From IMG/VR virus record IMGVR_UViG_3300022699_000112, positions 1-50,659 of that record: a stretch of DNA of 50,659 nt; one strand, written 5' to 3'. The notes below the pieces were generated by a model, which was not told the DNA's origin, made no database searches, and saw only the letters and a list, made by a program, of their open reading frames with translations. This stretch comes from a virus (Duplodnaviria > Caudoviricetes). Below, in pieces: positions 42,289 to 50,659 of the stretch. Position numbers and translations under genes: made by a program. Every line of letters begins with the position of its first letter. The first letter of the stretch is position 1.

Positions 42289-43901
42289 TGTTTGTACGCG
42301 AAAGACGAAAACCCGTAGACGAGTTGCTGGCTCGGCATACTGATGCTATGACTCAAAAAGCACAGTATTCCCCGGTATTGCAGGAAATTGGCAAGTACAT
42401 CATGCCTGCCGCTCAGGATATTGTCAGCACATATCCCACCTCCCAAGGGCAGGTTAGGACCGTCAATACCTACACTTCCATGCCCGCGATGGCTTGCTAC
42501 CGCATGGGGGCGGGTGTCTTCGCGTATCTTATGCCTGTAGGTCAACACTGGTTTATTGCTCGGGCCGATGATGAAGAACTCAACGAACGCACCGATATCA
42601 AACGATGGCTTGGAGAATACCGTGTTCAGGTCCACCAAGCCCTCTGGGACAGTAACTTCCAGCGGGAAATGTTTGCCTGCATTCGGACCCTTTGTGCTTT
42701 TGGTACCGCGTGCCTGTCTGTTATGTGGGATGGTGGGTTGGTATTTGAAAACCACCACATGCGGGATATTGCGTTTGAAGTAAACCACCGGGGTGAAATT
42801 GACACCGTATTCAAGACCAAATGGATGAACGTCCGGCAGGCCGAGCAGATGTTTGGCGAGGGCAAAGCTCTGGGCAAATCCATAGACGAAGAACGCCAAA
42901 ATAACCCATACTCCAATAAGCAATTCGAATTCATCCACTGCGTCTACCCCAATTCCAAACATGACCGATTCAAGGTAGGGTCATTCCCCTTTGTCTCCGC
43001 ATGGGTCAATAAATCCGACCGTAAGGTCGTTAAAGTCGGTGGTTACTACGAGCAGCCTTATATTGTTGTTCGTTTCTTTACTGTACCGGGTGAGATTTAT
43101 GGCCGTTCTCCCTCGCACGATCTTCTTCCTGAAATTAAAATGTACGACCGGATGCGGAGGACGTTCATCGAAAGTGCAGAGAGAGCACAGAATCCTCCGT
43201 GGTGGCTTACCTCCGAAAGTGTTATGGGTCAGCCTATCACTTCGCCCGGAGCACTTATTTATGGACACCCGGGGTCCCAGCCGCCACAGCCAATCATCAC
43301 CGGGGTTAATGCCCAGCTTAATGACGCGTCACTGGCTCAGGTAGAAGACATTATTCAAAGGGGTTACTTTAATGACCTCTTTGATGTTCTTGCCCAATAC
43401 CGAAACATGACCGCCACCGAAGTAACTGCCCGTATCGAGGAAAAAATGGTTCTTCTTTCTCCTGCTATCAACGGGCAGAAAGGCGAACTGACAGACCCAG
43501 TTATCGCCCGATCTGGGAACCTCTTGATGCGGCACGGCTATTTACGGGCAAAACCTAAAAATCTCAAAACCAACATAATCTACACAGGTCGTCTAGCTAT
43601 CGCAATGGGCATTATGCAATCTAATGCTCTGGGTATTGTGATGAGTAAATGGGCACCTTATCAGCAGGTCCACCCGGTCTATGACAATGTGGACTTGGAT
43701 AGAGCGTTTAGGGAAGACCTCCGGGCACATGGAGTGTCTGAAAAGGTCTTCATGGATGAAGATAGACGTGACCAGAACAGGCAGGTCCGTGAACAGATGC
43801 AGATGGCCCAGCCGGGTGCCGAGATCATGGAAAAGGCAGCGGTGGCTTTCAAAAATGTTCAGGATGCCGGTGGTATGGAACAACTTGAGGGACTCGTGTA
43901 A
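42288..43901 (+). CDS. Portal (T7-like head-tail connector)
   Basis: SNF...FGTA, GEIDTVF, GEIYGRSP, MTATEVTARIEEKM..LSP. Confidence 0.92.
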   Translation: MFVRERRKPVDELLARHTDAMTQKAQYSPVLQEIGKYIMPAAQDIVSTYPTSQGQVRTVNTYTSMPAMACYRMGAGVFAYLMPVGQHWFIARADDEELNERTDIKRWLGEYRVQVHQALWDSNFQREMFACIRTLCAFGTACLSVMWDGGLVFENHHMRDIAFEVNHRGEIDTVFKTKWMNVRQAEQMFGEGKALGKSIDEERQNNPYSNKQFEFIHCVYPNSKHDRFKVGSFPFVSAWVNKSDRKVVKVGGYYEQPYIVVRFFTVPGEIYGRSPSHDLLPEIKMYDRMRRTFIESAERAQNPPWWLTSESVMGQPITSPGALIYGHPGSQPPQPIITGVNAQLNDASLAQVEDIIQRGYFNDLFDVLAQYRNMTATEVTARIEEKMVLLSPAINGQKGELTDPVIARSGNLLMRHGYLRAKPKNLKTNIIYTGRLAIAMGIMQSNALGIVMSKWAPYQQVHPVYDNVDLDRAFREDLRAHGVSEKVFMDEDRRDQNRQVREQMQMAQPGAEIMEKAAVAFKNVQDAGGMEQLEGLV

Positions 43902-44182
43902 TGCACCCAGACGATCAGAGAAAGACCGAAGAACTAACCAGAAAAATTCAAGAGGAAAACGAGAAACTTGCTCTGGCCTATGGAGAGATATTCCGTTCAG
44001 AGGCAGGGAAGCTAGTACTGAAAGATTTGCGATCACGGTGTAACGTGGACAACTGTAGCGTACGACAACCCAATAATCCTGACCCAAATTCTGTATTATT
44101 TGAGGAAGGAAAGCGGGCCGTATGGAACCACATAATGCTATTTTTGAGGCACGATAATGAACGGCGAAAATCCAGAAACTAA
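43901..44182 (+). CDS. Bbp19-like conserved post-portal protein
   Basis: YGEIFRSEAGKLVLKDL...FEEGKRAVWNHI. Confidence 0.75.
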   Translation: MHPDDQRKTEELTRKIQEENEKLALAYGEIFRSEAGKLVLKDLRSRCNVDNCSVRQPNNPDPNSVLFEEGKRAVWNHIMLFLRHDNERRKSRN

Positions 44183-45005
44183 TGTAGGCAACGAACCCAC
44201 TCCGCAAAATCCGTCGACGGGGGAAAGCCAAGGTACCGAGGTAAGTTGGATAAATCCTGACGGTACCTTTGGCGACCTCTCACAAGCCCCGGAAGATGTG
44301 CGAAGCTTTATCGAAACCAAGGGCTACAAGGCTATTGACGGGATGATTAAGTCCCAAAAAGAGCTTGAAAGTTTTGTGGGTCAGAGAGATCAGCTTATCA
44401 CAATCCCGGACGAGAACGACACAGAGGGCTGGAATGAAGTCCATACTAAGCTGGGTCGTCCGGCAAAACCCGAGGACTACAAGTTTGAACCCTCTGAAGA
44501 AGAAAAAAATCTGGTAAATGAAAATCTGTTGGGGCTATTTAAGGAGTACGCCCATCAACAAGGTATGAACCAGAAAGCCTTTGAAAACACCGTGCGGTTC
44601 CAGCTTGACGCGACTAAGGCCGAGATGCAGGCTTATGCTGAGGAACAAAATAACGCACAAAAGGCTATTAGGGAGAGATTTAATACGGAAGATGAATACA
44701 ACCAGTTCACCCAGAAAGCTCTGGGGTTTGCTGAGGGCTTCAAGCTCGATGATGGAAAAAGCGTCGCAGACGTTATCGAGAATTATGGCCTAGCACATGA
44801 CCCGGTGGTTCTGGATATGCTGGGGCAACTTGCTGATCGAGTAGCTGAGGACCCCCTCCCAACAGGTGAGACAAGGGTACCCCAATCCCAGCCGGATAAG
44901 CTTAAAGCGATCAAAGAGAACCCGGCATTTACGAACGCGGCCCATCCTGACCATGAAAAGGTCATGCAGGAATATTGGGGGTTGTTTCTACATAAAGAGG
45001 GATAA
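44157..45005 (+). CDS. Capsid assembly scaffolding protein
   Basis: KSQKELES..G, KLGRPAKPEDY, HPDHEKV; position before the capsid gene. Confidence 0.8.
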   Translation: MNGENPETNVGNEPTPQNPSTGESQGTEVSWINPDGTFGDLSQAPEDVRSFIETKGYKAIDGMIKSQKELESFVGQRDQLITIPDENDTEGWNEVHTKLGRPAKPEDYKFEPSEEEKNLVNENLLGLFKEYAHQQGMNQKAFENTVRFQLDATKAEMQAYAEEQNNAQKAIRERFNTEDEYNQFTQKALGFAEGFKLDDGKSVADVIENYGLAHDPVVLDMLGQLADRVAEDPLPTGETRVPQSQPDKLKAIKENPAFTNAAHPDHEKVMQEYWGLFLHKEG

Positions 45006-45066
45006 GCCAAGGCCCCCTCAAGCTGTAGCCCGGCTTTAAGGGTAAGAGGCCCGAAAGGACAACCTC
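44997..45066 (+). promoter_or_regulatory. Two bulged hairpins in the capsid-gene leader
   Basis: GAGGG-ATAA-GCC-AA-GGC-C-CCCTC and GAGG-C-CC-GAAA-GG-ACAA-CCTC. Confidence 0.45.
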
Positions 45067-45110
45067 GTAGTAGATGTTAAAACAAAAAACTGATTTTATG
45101 GAGTTAAAAA

Positions 45111-46082
45111 ATGGGCACTTTTTACGGTAATACCAACGATACCCGTGGGTATACCGAGGCATTCATCAATGCTTACACTCCGGGCTACGAGCACGTTCTT
45201 CAGGAAATGGACGACGTGTACGGTGGAAAAACCCGGGTGGACTCCATCATGGGTGAGCACAAAGCTTATGATTTCCTTGGCACGATTGACCTGAAGAAAA
45301 AGGTTTCTCGGTTTGAGGACATCCCCATTGATGATATGGTCCACAACCGTAGGTGGATGTTCCCCGAATGGTACCGCAAGGGTATCTTCGTGGATAAAGA
45401 AGATGATATCCTCATGCACGCCGACCCCGCGGGTGACTACATCAAGGCTCTGGCTAATGGTGTTGTACGTCTAAAGAATGACGTTGTTCATAACGCTTTC
45501 TTCGCTGACGTTAAAGGCGGCAAAAACCCGGGTGATGATACTTACTCGTTCAACGCAGACACTTTCAGTTCAGCTTCTGAGGGTGGTAGGGTAATCCCTC
45601 ACGACTGTGCGGATGAAGATTTCGCCAAGGGTGGCACTTCTAGTGGTCTGACCCTGAACAAACTTCAGATGGCTACACGAGCCTTTGGAGAACTCAAGGT
45701 CAACCTGAATGGTCCGCGTTATATCGCTTGTACCCACAAGCACATTAACGACCTTATCTTCGAGGCTAAAACCCAGTCTCTGGATACGAGTCCGCTTCAA
45801 TCTCTCGCTCTCGGTAATATCCGTCAGTGGGGTGGCTGGACGTTTATAATTGACTACAATATCACCAAGGGTACGAATAACGACCTCGACAGTGATACCA
45901 GCGTCTATAAACTTCCGGTGTGGGTACCGCAGGGTATGTTGTTTGCACAGCACAACGTCCCGCAGTTCTCGATTGACCGTATCCCCCGCAAGGGTCTGTA
46001 CGTCTTTCAGATTGCGGCTCAGTGCGGTATGAACGCTATCCGCATGGACGAAGACCGCGTACTGCAAATCGAAACTATCTAA
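45111..46082 (+). CDS. Major capsid protein
   Basis: 323 aa after the scaffold; AFINAY, RRW, VDKED, SGLTLNKL, GMNAIRMDEDRV. Confidence 0.88.
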   Translation: MGTFYGNTNDTRGYTEAFINAYTPGYEHVLQEMDDVYGGKTRVDSIMGEHKAYDFLGTIDLKKKVSRFEDIPIDDMVHNRRWMFPEWYRKGIFVDKEDDILMHADPAGDYIKALANGVVRLKNDVVHNAFFADVKGGKNPGDDTYSFNADTFSSASEGGRVIPHDCADEDFAKGGTSSGLTLNKLQMATRAFGELKVNLNGPRYIACTHKHINDLIFEAKTQSLDTSPLQSLALGNIRQWGGWTFIIDYNITKGTNNDLDSDTSVYKLPVWVPQGMLFAQHNVPQFSIDRIPRKGLYVFQIAAQCGMNAIRMDEDRVLQIETI

Positions 46083-46094
46083 TCGGAGGCTCCT

Positions 46095-46556
46095 ATGGCT
46101 GCTAGTACAACGCTAAAGGGCAACTTTACCACCAAGATTTATAACATCTTGGCCGGTACTGCGGGTGCCGCTGATTTCCCGAATGCCAGTGAGTTTTATG
46201 GTACGAAGCTTCGGAGTATGACTGATTACTTCGAAAGTACCACGGCTTACGACGCAGGCTCGGAAATCAAAATGGGTTATGTGCCCAAGGGTGCCCATAT
46301 TGTTGGTTTCGTAGTCGCGAATGAGGCCGTGGGTGCGGCTGTCACTGCGGATATCAAGGTTGGAAGTACCGCTGCTACGGCTGCGGAGGCTTGGACGGAT
46401 ATGACTTCTGCTAACCAGCAGTTCATACCGGCTGTCGAAGCTGTCCGTAATGCGGCTCTGACTGCGGATTCGTATGTAACGGTTGTCACCGCTGCTGCAA
46501 CTCTGGCTGCGAACAAACGTATCAGGGTAACTACTCTGTACGAAATCGAAGACTAA
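46095..46556 (+). CDS. Capsid decoration/cement protein (putative)
   Basis: GGAGG RBS; Ala/Thr-rich with VPKGAHIV; follows the capsid gene, before the terminator. Confidence 0.65.
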   Translation: MAASTTLKGNFTTKIYNILAGTAGAADFPNASEFYGTKLRSMTDYFESTTAYDAGSEIKMGYVPKGAHIVGFVVANEAVGAAVTADIKVGSTAATAAEAWTDMTSANQQFIPAVEAVRNAALTADSYVTVVTAAATLAANKRIRVTTLYEIED

Positions 46557-46559
46557 GGT

Positions 46560-46598
46560 AAGGGGGCGATGCAGTCTGTGACGGTCGCCCCTTATTTT
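46560..46598 (+). terminator. Intrinsic terminator after capsid/decoration genes
   Basis: GGGGCGA...TCGCCCC stem followed by TTATTTT. Confidence 0.7.
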
Positions 46599-46644
46599 AC
46601 TTTAGGCCCGGAAACTAAAATACAGTTTTTTATATTTTACTTTT

Positions 46645-47373
46645 ATGGCTTTATCTACAGTCGAACAGGTATATCAAGAAGCAGTGGACCTCATTGGCGA
46701 GCACCAGCTTACCGACACCAGCCCAACTGGACAGAAACCTTATTCGACTTGTGCCATCCACTATCCTAGAGCACGGGATGAAATCATTCGGGGTTATGCT
46801 TGGAATGAAGCAACCGAACTGGCCCTGTGTCTTCAGGATTCCACCACACCGGCCCACACATGGACCTATCGCTTTCTTAAACCCAGCGATTGTCTACGCA
46901 TAATTACTACTTCTCGCCCTAAACAAAAGTGGCGTGTTATTGGCAATTACATCTACACCGACTATAAGTATACCCCCGGTTCATACACTGTGGGTACATC
47001 GTATACGGCAGGTCAGTATCTTTCATACAGCAGCGTCACCTACCAAGTCACGGCGGCCTTTACAGCTACTTCTTGGGCTGCTGACGCATCTAAATGTACT
47101 TCCAAGGGCGGGGATTATGGCTACATCGAAGTCGAGTACGCCAAACAACTAAGCGACCCCACCACATGGTCTGCCCAGCTTCGGCAAGCTATCGTTCTCA
47201 ACCTTGCCACCAAAATCGTTATCCCGATCACCAGCGACTACCAGCGGCGAACGTCTCTATTGGAAGAACTTTGGAAGATGGTTCTGCCCCATGCGTTTGC
47301 TTTGGATGCTATTGAGGGGAAACCCAAACAATTTTTCTATTCTGATTTTATTGATTCACGCGGAGAAGCATAA
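46645..47373 (+). CDS. Tail tubular protein A (adaptor) with inserted CBM5/12-like module
   Basis: A.DLIGE, YPRARDEIIR.YAWN.A, YRFLKPSDCLRI, LATKIVIPIT; insert YTVGTSYTAGQYLSYSSVTYQVTAAFT. Confidence 0.8.
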   Translation: MALSTVEQVYQEAVDLIGEHQLTDTSPTGQKPYSTCAIHYPRARDEIIRGYAWNEATELALCLQDSTTPAHTWTYRFLKPSDCLRIITTSRPKQKWRVIGNYIYTDYKYTPGSYTVGTSYTAGQYLSYSSVTYQVTAAFTATSWAADASKCTSKGGDYGYIEVEYAKQLSDPTTWSAQLRQAIVLNLATKIVIPITSDYQRRTSLLEELWKMVLPHAFALDAIEGKPKQFFYSDFIDSRGEA

Positions 47374-47840
47374 TGGTAACTGAAACTGTTCGCATGGGTT
47401 GGTCCGACCCCAGAGGGGCCATAGCTACGGATGATACTCTAGTATCGGCTGCTGTCGGTACCATGAAATTTGCCAACGTACCGGCTCACGCGTACAAACC
47501 GGATACTCGACAGAATGCCCTTGAAGTCGCATTTACTATGGACGCTGACGGGTCCGCCTGCGTTGCCTATCTTTTCGCGGCCCGGGAGAACGGGGATATT
47601 GTACTGGTATGGACTGGTACTTTGACAGCCGGAACCCAGCAGGCCACTGATGGCGGGACTTGGGTAGACACTTTCGGTTCTACCACCGATAACTGGATTA
47701 CCACGATCAAGGAAGTGGATGCCGGAGGAAACAACCGCATGGCCCGACTCGTGCTCGATACCTGCGGCTACAAATACTTCTTCTGTCAGTATACCGGACT
47801 GTCCAGCGAAACCGTAAAGGCATTCTTCTCAGGATTCTAA
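47373..47840 (+). CDS. Hypothetical virion protein
   Basis: TAATG-coupled on both sides, between adaptor and nozzle. Confidence 0.6.
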   Translation: MVTETVRMGWSDPRGAIATDDTLVSAAVGTMKFANVPAHAYKPDTRQNALEVAFTMDADGSACVAYLFAARENGDIVLVWTGTLTAGTQQATDGGTWVDTFGSTTDNWITTIKEVDAGGNNRMARLVLDTCGYKYFFCQYTGLSSETVKAFFSGF

Positions 47841-48388
47841 TGGCTGCCAAGAAATTTATTCAAACGTCATTCAACGCCGGTGAATTGTCGGAGACAATGG
47901 CCGGTCGTGTTGATTTTCAGAAATACTTTAACGGTGTCGCTGAAATGGTCAACATGATTCCTCTTAAACAGGGGGGTGCCACCAAACGCCCCGGTCTGGA
48001 ATTTGTGGCCGAGACAAAGGGTAAGGCAAAGCTCCTGCCCTTTGAATTTTCTGTAGAAGACACCGTAGTTCTGGAAATGGGCGAGTACTATCTCCGTTTT
48101 TACACGGAGGCAGGGCCGGTACAAGTAGATAACCCGACACCGGATACCAATTTTGTTCAGCTAGGGACCTACAAATGGTATGAGTCTTCTTCTGGTTATG
48201 ATGAATATTACGCCGCCACACCCAGCGGTACTGACCCGTCTATCACCAAACCGGACAAACTGTTCGAACGGTCTATCCGCATGACCGAGGGGACTCTTGG
48301 CTCTCTTGCACGGGGCGAATGGGCTTATGGGGATAATGACTCTCTAGGCTTCAACACAATATATGTACGACTTACTCTGAGGGCGTAA
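47840..48388 (+). CDS. N-terminal fragment of tail tubular protein B (nozzle) plus a small appended module
   Basis: IQTSFNAGELS..MAGRVDFQKYFNG...N....QGGATKRPGLEFV...LLPFEFS.....VLEMGEYYLRFY is the canonical nozzle N-terminus, but the ORF is only 182 aa. Confidence 0.85.
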   Translation: MAAKKFIQTSFNAGELSETMAGRVDFQKYFNGVAEMVNMIPLKQGGATKRPGLEFVAETKGKAKLLPFEFSVEDTVVLEMGEYYLRFYTEAGPVQVDNPTPDTNFVQLGTYKWYESSSGYDEYYAATPSGTDPSITKPDKLFERSIRMTEGTLGSLARGEWAYGDNDSLGFNTIYVRLTLRA

Positions 48389-50659
48389 TGGCTAATTCCT
48401 TAACCCGGAATAACATCACTTGGGTATTTGATAAGGAGATCACCCTCTCAGGGGCAGGTGGTACTTATCAGTACGGGCAATATTGTACCGGCGATTACTG
48501 GATTGTAGGACCAGTAACAATCACCAGTATACCCGGAGTCAACGGGGCAGAGATTAACCCAATAGCTGATGGAATACATCAGGGATTAGCAGCATCCGGG
48601 GCGGCTCAGTATTCCAGTTCTCGCGATGTGACTACGAGCATTCCGCTGACGATTCAGCCCGGGTCTTCTCTCATTACAGCAGCAGGTACTGGAAATTGCG
48701 GAACTTATGAGGGGGACCGTTGTGATATTACTTACTGTTCAGTTTTGACGGTGGTAACTTCGCCTCCCCCAACAGGCAGTTTCCGTCCCGGCTATGCTGG
48801 GTCTAATAAAACCATAATGGGGAATGAAAGCGATATCCGTTATGACCGCCTAGGCCGCGTTAATATTATCACTGGCGGCGAATCTATAACAGGACATGCT
48901 AACCGCTGGCGACATTGTAAACCCTCTCACCAAGGGGAGCACTACTACCCGGATACCACACCTTGTGGACATGATTTTGATTGTTATGGCACTGTTCTCG
49001 CTAGTCAGCTTGGCGAGGCTGTCCTTACGGCAAACTGCAACTACACACAGGCTGAAAAACGTGATCTGGTCGTAGGGCTGGTTCAGCACGGCATAGATGT
49101 CTACAGCGTAATCCAAGCCCGAACTCCCGGGTCCGCCTGTTGGAATCCCAATGGCGGCCATATATATTTTTCGGGCTTGGCGGCCATGTTTGCAGGGGCA
49201 CTCTTAGACAATGCCGATATTCTTGGTGTATTTCAAAAAACAGGGGTCTATCTTTATACAGGTGCCTACGGAGCGGGAAATCCCCCACCGGATTATTGGG
49301 GTTGTATAAACAATCAGGTCTTTTACGTCAAACAAGAAGATATTGACCGAGGTGTAGGATATACAGAAACCCACCGGGGTATGCCGGAATGGGGTATTAA
49401 CCACTCCAAAGCTCCGGCTGGACGCAACCCGGATACCCCCTCATGGACGGCTCCCTACCGCCAGAATTCCAGTGCTTCTGGTTGGGGTGCTGGCATACTG
49501 GCTATGCACATTATGTCCGGCCAAGGATTCAATGTCCGTAGCCTCTGGAATAACTATGCCGTATTCGATTACCAAGATCGGTTTGTTGCTATAGAGGGTC
49601 CGAGTAACGACTTCTTTCGCCACCGAAACGCCTCTTGGGTACGATCTATGTGGAACACTTATCGCTCCGCATACCCCCCGGTATGGCCTGCATCTGGGTC
49701 CACAGATACTACCCCACCTCTAGCTCCGTCGAGTCTGATATCTCCGCAACAATCGGACACAACAATCTCCCTTAGCTGGACTGCGGCAGGTCAGGCTGCT
49801 GACGGTGATTACCCGGTTGGCTATCGAATCTATCGAGACTCTGTGTTGATTGATTCTGTCACGGGCACAACCTATACTGATTCCGGTCTTACTGCCTCCA
49901 CATCGTACGACTATGAAATCTATTCTTACGATGATGCCAACCTTGAATCTTCCTCGGCAGCTACGGGTACGTTCTCCACAGAAGCATCTGCCCCTGCCGT
50001 AACAGCCGTATACATCAATGGTGCTGGTAGCGACTCCAATGACGGTTCTTCTTGGACACAGGCACTCCGTAATCTTCCGGCTACTCTAGTCCGGGGTACT
50101 ACCTACTACATTGGGTCGGGTGTATTTAGTTCTTATAATTTCAATGATGCCGCCGGAGCCGAATGGATTAACATTAAAAAAGCTACCCTCACCAGCCACG
50201 GAACCGAAACCGGTTGGAATACCGCATACGCTTCCCGGGCACAGTTTGGTAACTTGACATTTACCAGCACCTCCAATATCCTTATCGACGGTATGGACAG
50301 AAACCTGCTTATTCAGCATGTCTCGGGAACTACCAAGCTGATAAGCTTCTCGGGTACCAGTTCTTATATCACAGTCCAGAATTGTGAACTCAACGGCATG
50401 AATGGCGGTACTTCAGTGATGTCTGATGCCCTCGTGTATACCGCAGGTGGCGTGGGAACTTATGTCTCATTCCTAAACAACTACATGCACGACTTTGGGG
50501 ATGATGGTCTTTATATCGGGGAGAATTGCCATCACTGGTACGTCCGCTTCAATGAAATAGCCTACGGCCACGCCATTGGTGGTGCCCACACCGACTGTTT
50601 CGAATTGCGTAACTGTGACGATATTGAAATCGTTGCTAACTATATCCACCACTGGAAAA
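48388..50659 (+). CDS. 5' part of giant virion protein (continues into 3-4487): N-terminal domain, FN3, right-handed beta-helix; not in the ORF track
   Basis: ATG in TAATG overlap with GAGG RBS; MANSLTRNNITWVFDK...QYGQYCTGDYWIVGPVTI; FN3 DTTPPLAPSSL...ISLSWTA...GYRIYRD...YTDSGLTASTSYDY; no stop called in this frame before the contig end. Confidence 0.88.
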   Translation, partial: MANSLTRNNITWVFDKEITLSGAGGTYQYGQYCTGDYWIVGPVTITSIPGVNGAEINPIADGIHQGLAASGAAQYSSSRDVTTSIPLTIQPGSSLITAAGTGNCGTYEGDRCDITYCSVLTVVTSPPPTGSFRPGYAGSNKTIMGNESDIRYDRLGRVNIITGGESITGHANRWRHCKPSHQGEHYYPDTTPCGHDFDCYGTVLASQLGEAVLTANCNYTQAEKRDLVVGLVQHGIDVYSVIQARTPGSACWNPNGGHIYFSGLAAMFAGALLDNADILGVFQKTGVYLYTGAYGAGNPPPDYWGCINNQVFYVKQEDIDRGVGYTETHRGMPEWGINHSKAPAGRNPDTPSWTAPYRQNSSASGWGAGILAMHIMSGQGFNVRSLWNNYAVFDYQDRFVAIEGPSNDFFRHRNASWVRSMWNTYRSAYPPVWPASGSTDTTPPLAPSSLISPQQSDTTISLSWTAAGQAADGDYPVGYRIYRDSVLIDSVTGTTYTDSGLTASTSYDYEIYSYDDANLESSSAATGTFSTEASAPAVTAVYINGAGSDSNDGSSWTQALRNLPATLVRGTTYYIGSGVFSSYNFNDAAGAEWINIKKATLTSHGTETGWNTAYASRAQFGNLTFTSTSNILIDGMDRNLLIQHVSGTTKLISFSGTSSYITVQNCELNGMNGGTSVMSDALVYTAGGVGTYVSFLNNYMHDFGDDGLYIGENCHHWYVRFNEIAYGHAIGGAHTDCFELRNCDDIEIVANYIHHWK
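50561..50659. repeat. Terminal direct repeat, copy 2 (circular-assembly overlap)
   Basis: Identical to bases 1-99. Confidence 0.97.

Noticed and set aside
41967-42962. Long antisense ORFs (e.g. 331 aa here, 260 aa at 15001-15783, 212 aa at 43593-44231)
   Set aside because: They lie opposite well-supported genes and show no recognisable motifs
48340-48390. Programmed -1 frameshift joining the two nozzle ORFs
   Set aside because: The -1 frame is open from 48340, but there is no X XXY YYZ slippery heptamer, and the TAATG overlap with an RBS matches ordinary translational coupling elsewhere in the operon
50561-50659. T7-like physical terminal repeat
   Set aside because: Exactly 99 bp, a common assembly k-mer, and located mid-ORF; best explained as circular overlap

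Overview
The window is a complete, circularly permuted dsDNA phage genome of 50,560 bp; bases 50561-50659 repeat bases 1-99 exactly. It has a podovirus-type virion module (T7-like portal, scaffold, capsid, adaptor, nozzle and ejection proteins) but a lambda-gpA-like terminase. I could not recognise an RNA polymerase, integrase or endolysin. There are four transcription blocks: (1) rightward packaging/virion genes from 34813 through the origin to 11505; (2) leftward replication/recombination/nucleotide genes 24562-11595 (primase-helicase, exonuclease, SSB, MazG, PolA, HU, RecA); (3) a rightward block 24865-28485 driven by two near-consensus leaderless promoters and ending in tRNA-Tyr; (4) a leftward block of small early-type genes 34667-28572 (SAM-lyase-like, glycosylase-like, zincin, YopX, kinase-like). 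The most striking feature is the tail nozzle gene (tail tubular protein B). It is split in two, and its C-terminal part is fused behind about 1,550 aa of cell-surface-type domains in a 2,219-aa ORF that crosses the contig ends and is only partly in the ORF track. Also notable are an atypical 102-nt tRNA-like RNA with an adjoining pseudoknot, a PolA with a deviant motif B, and apparent avoidance of several restriction sites. Domain style hints at a Planctomycetota/PVC host (inference). All family assignments come from motif recognition by eye, not database searches.
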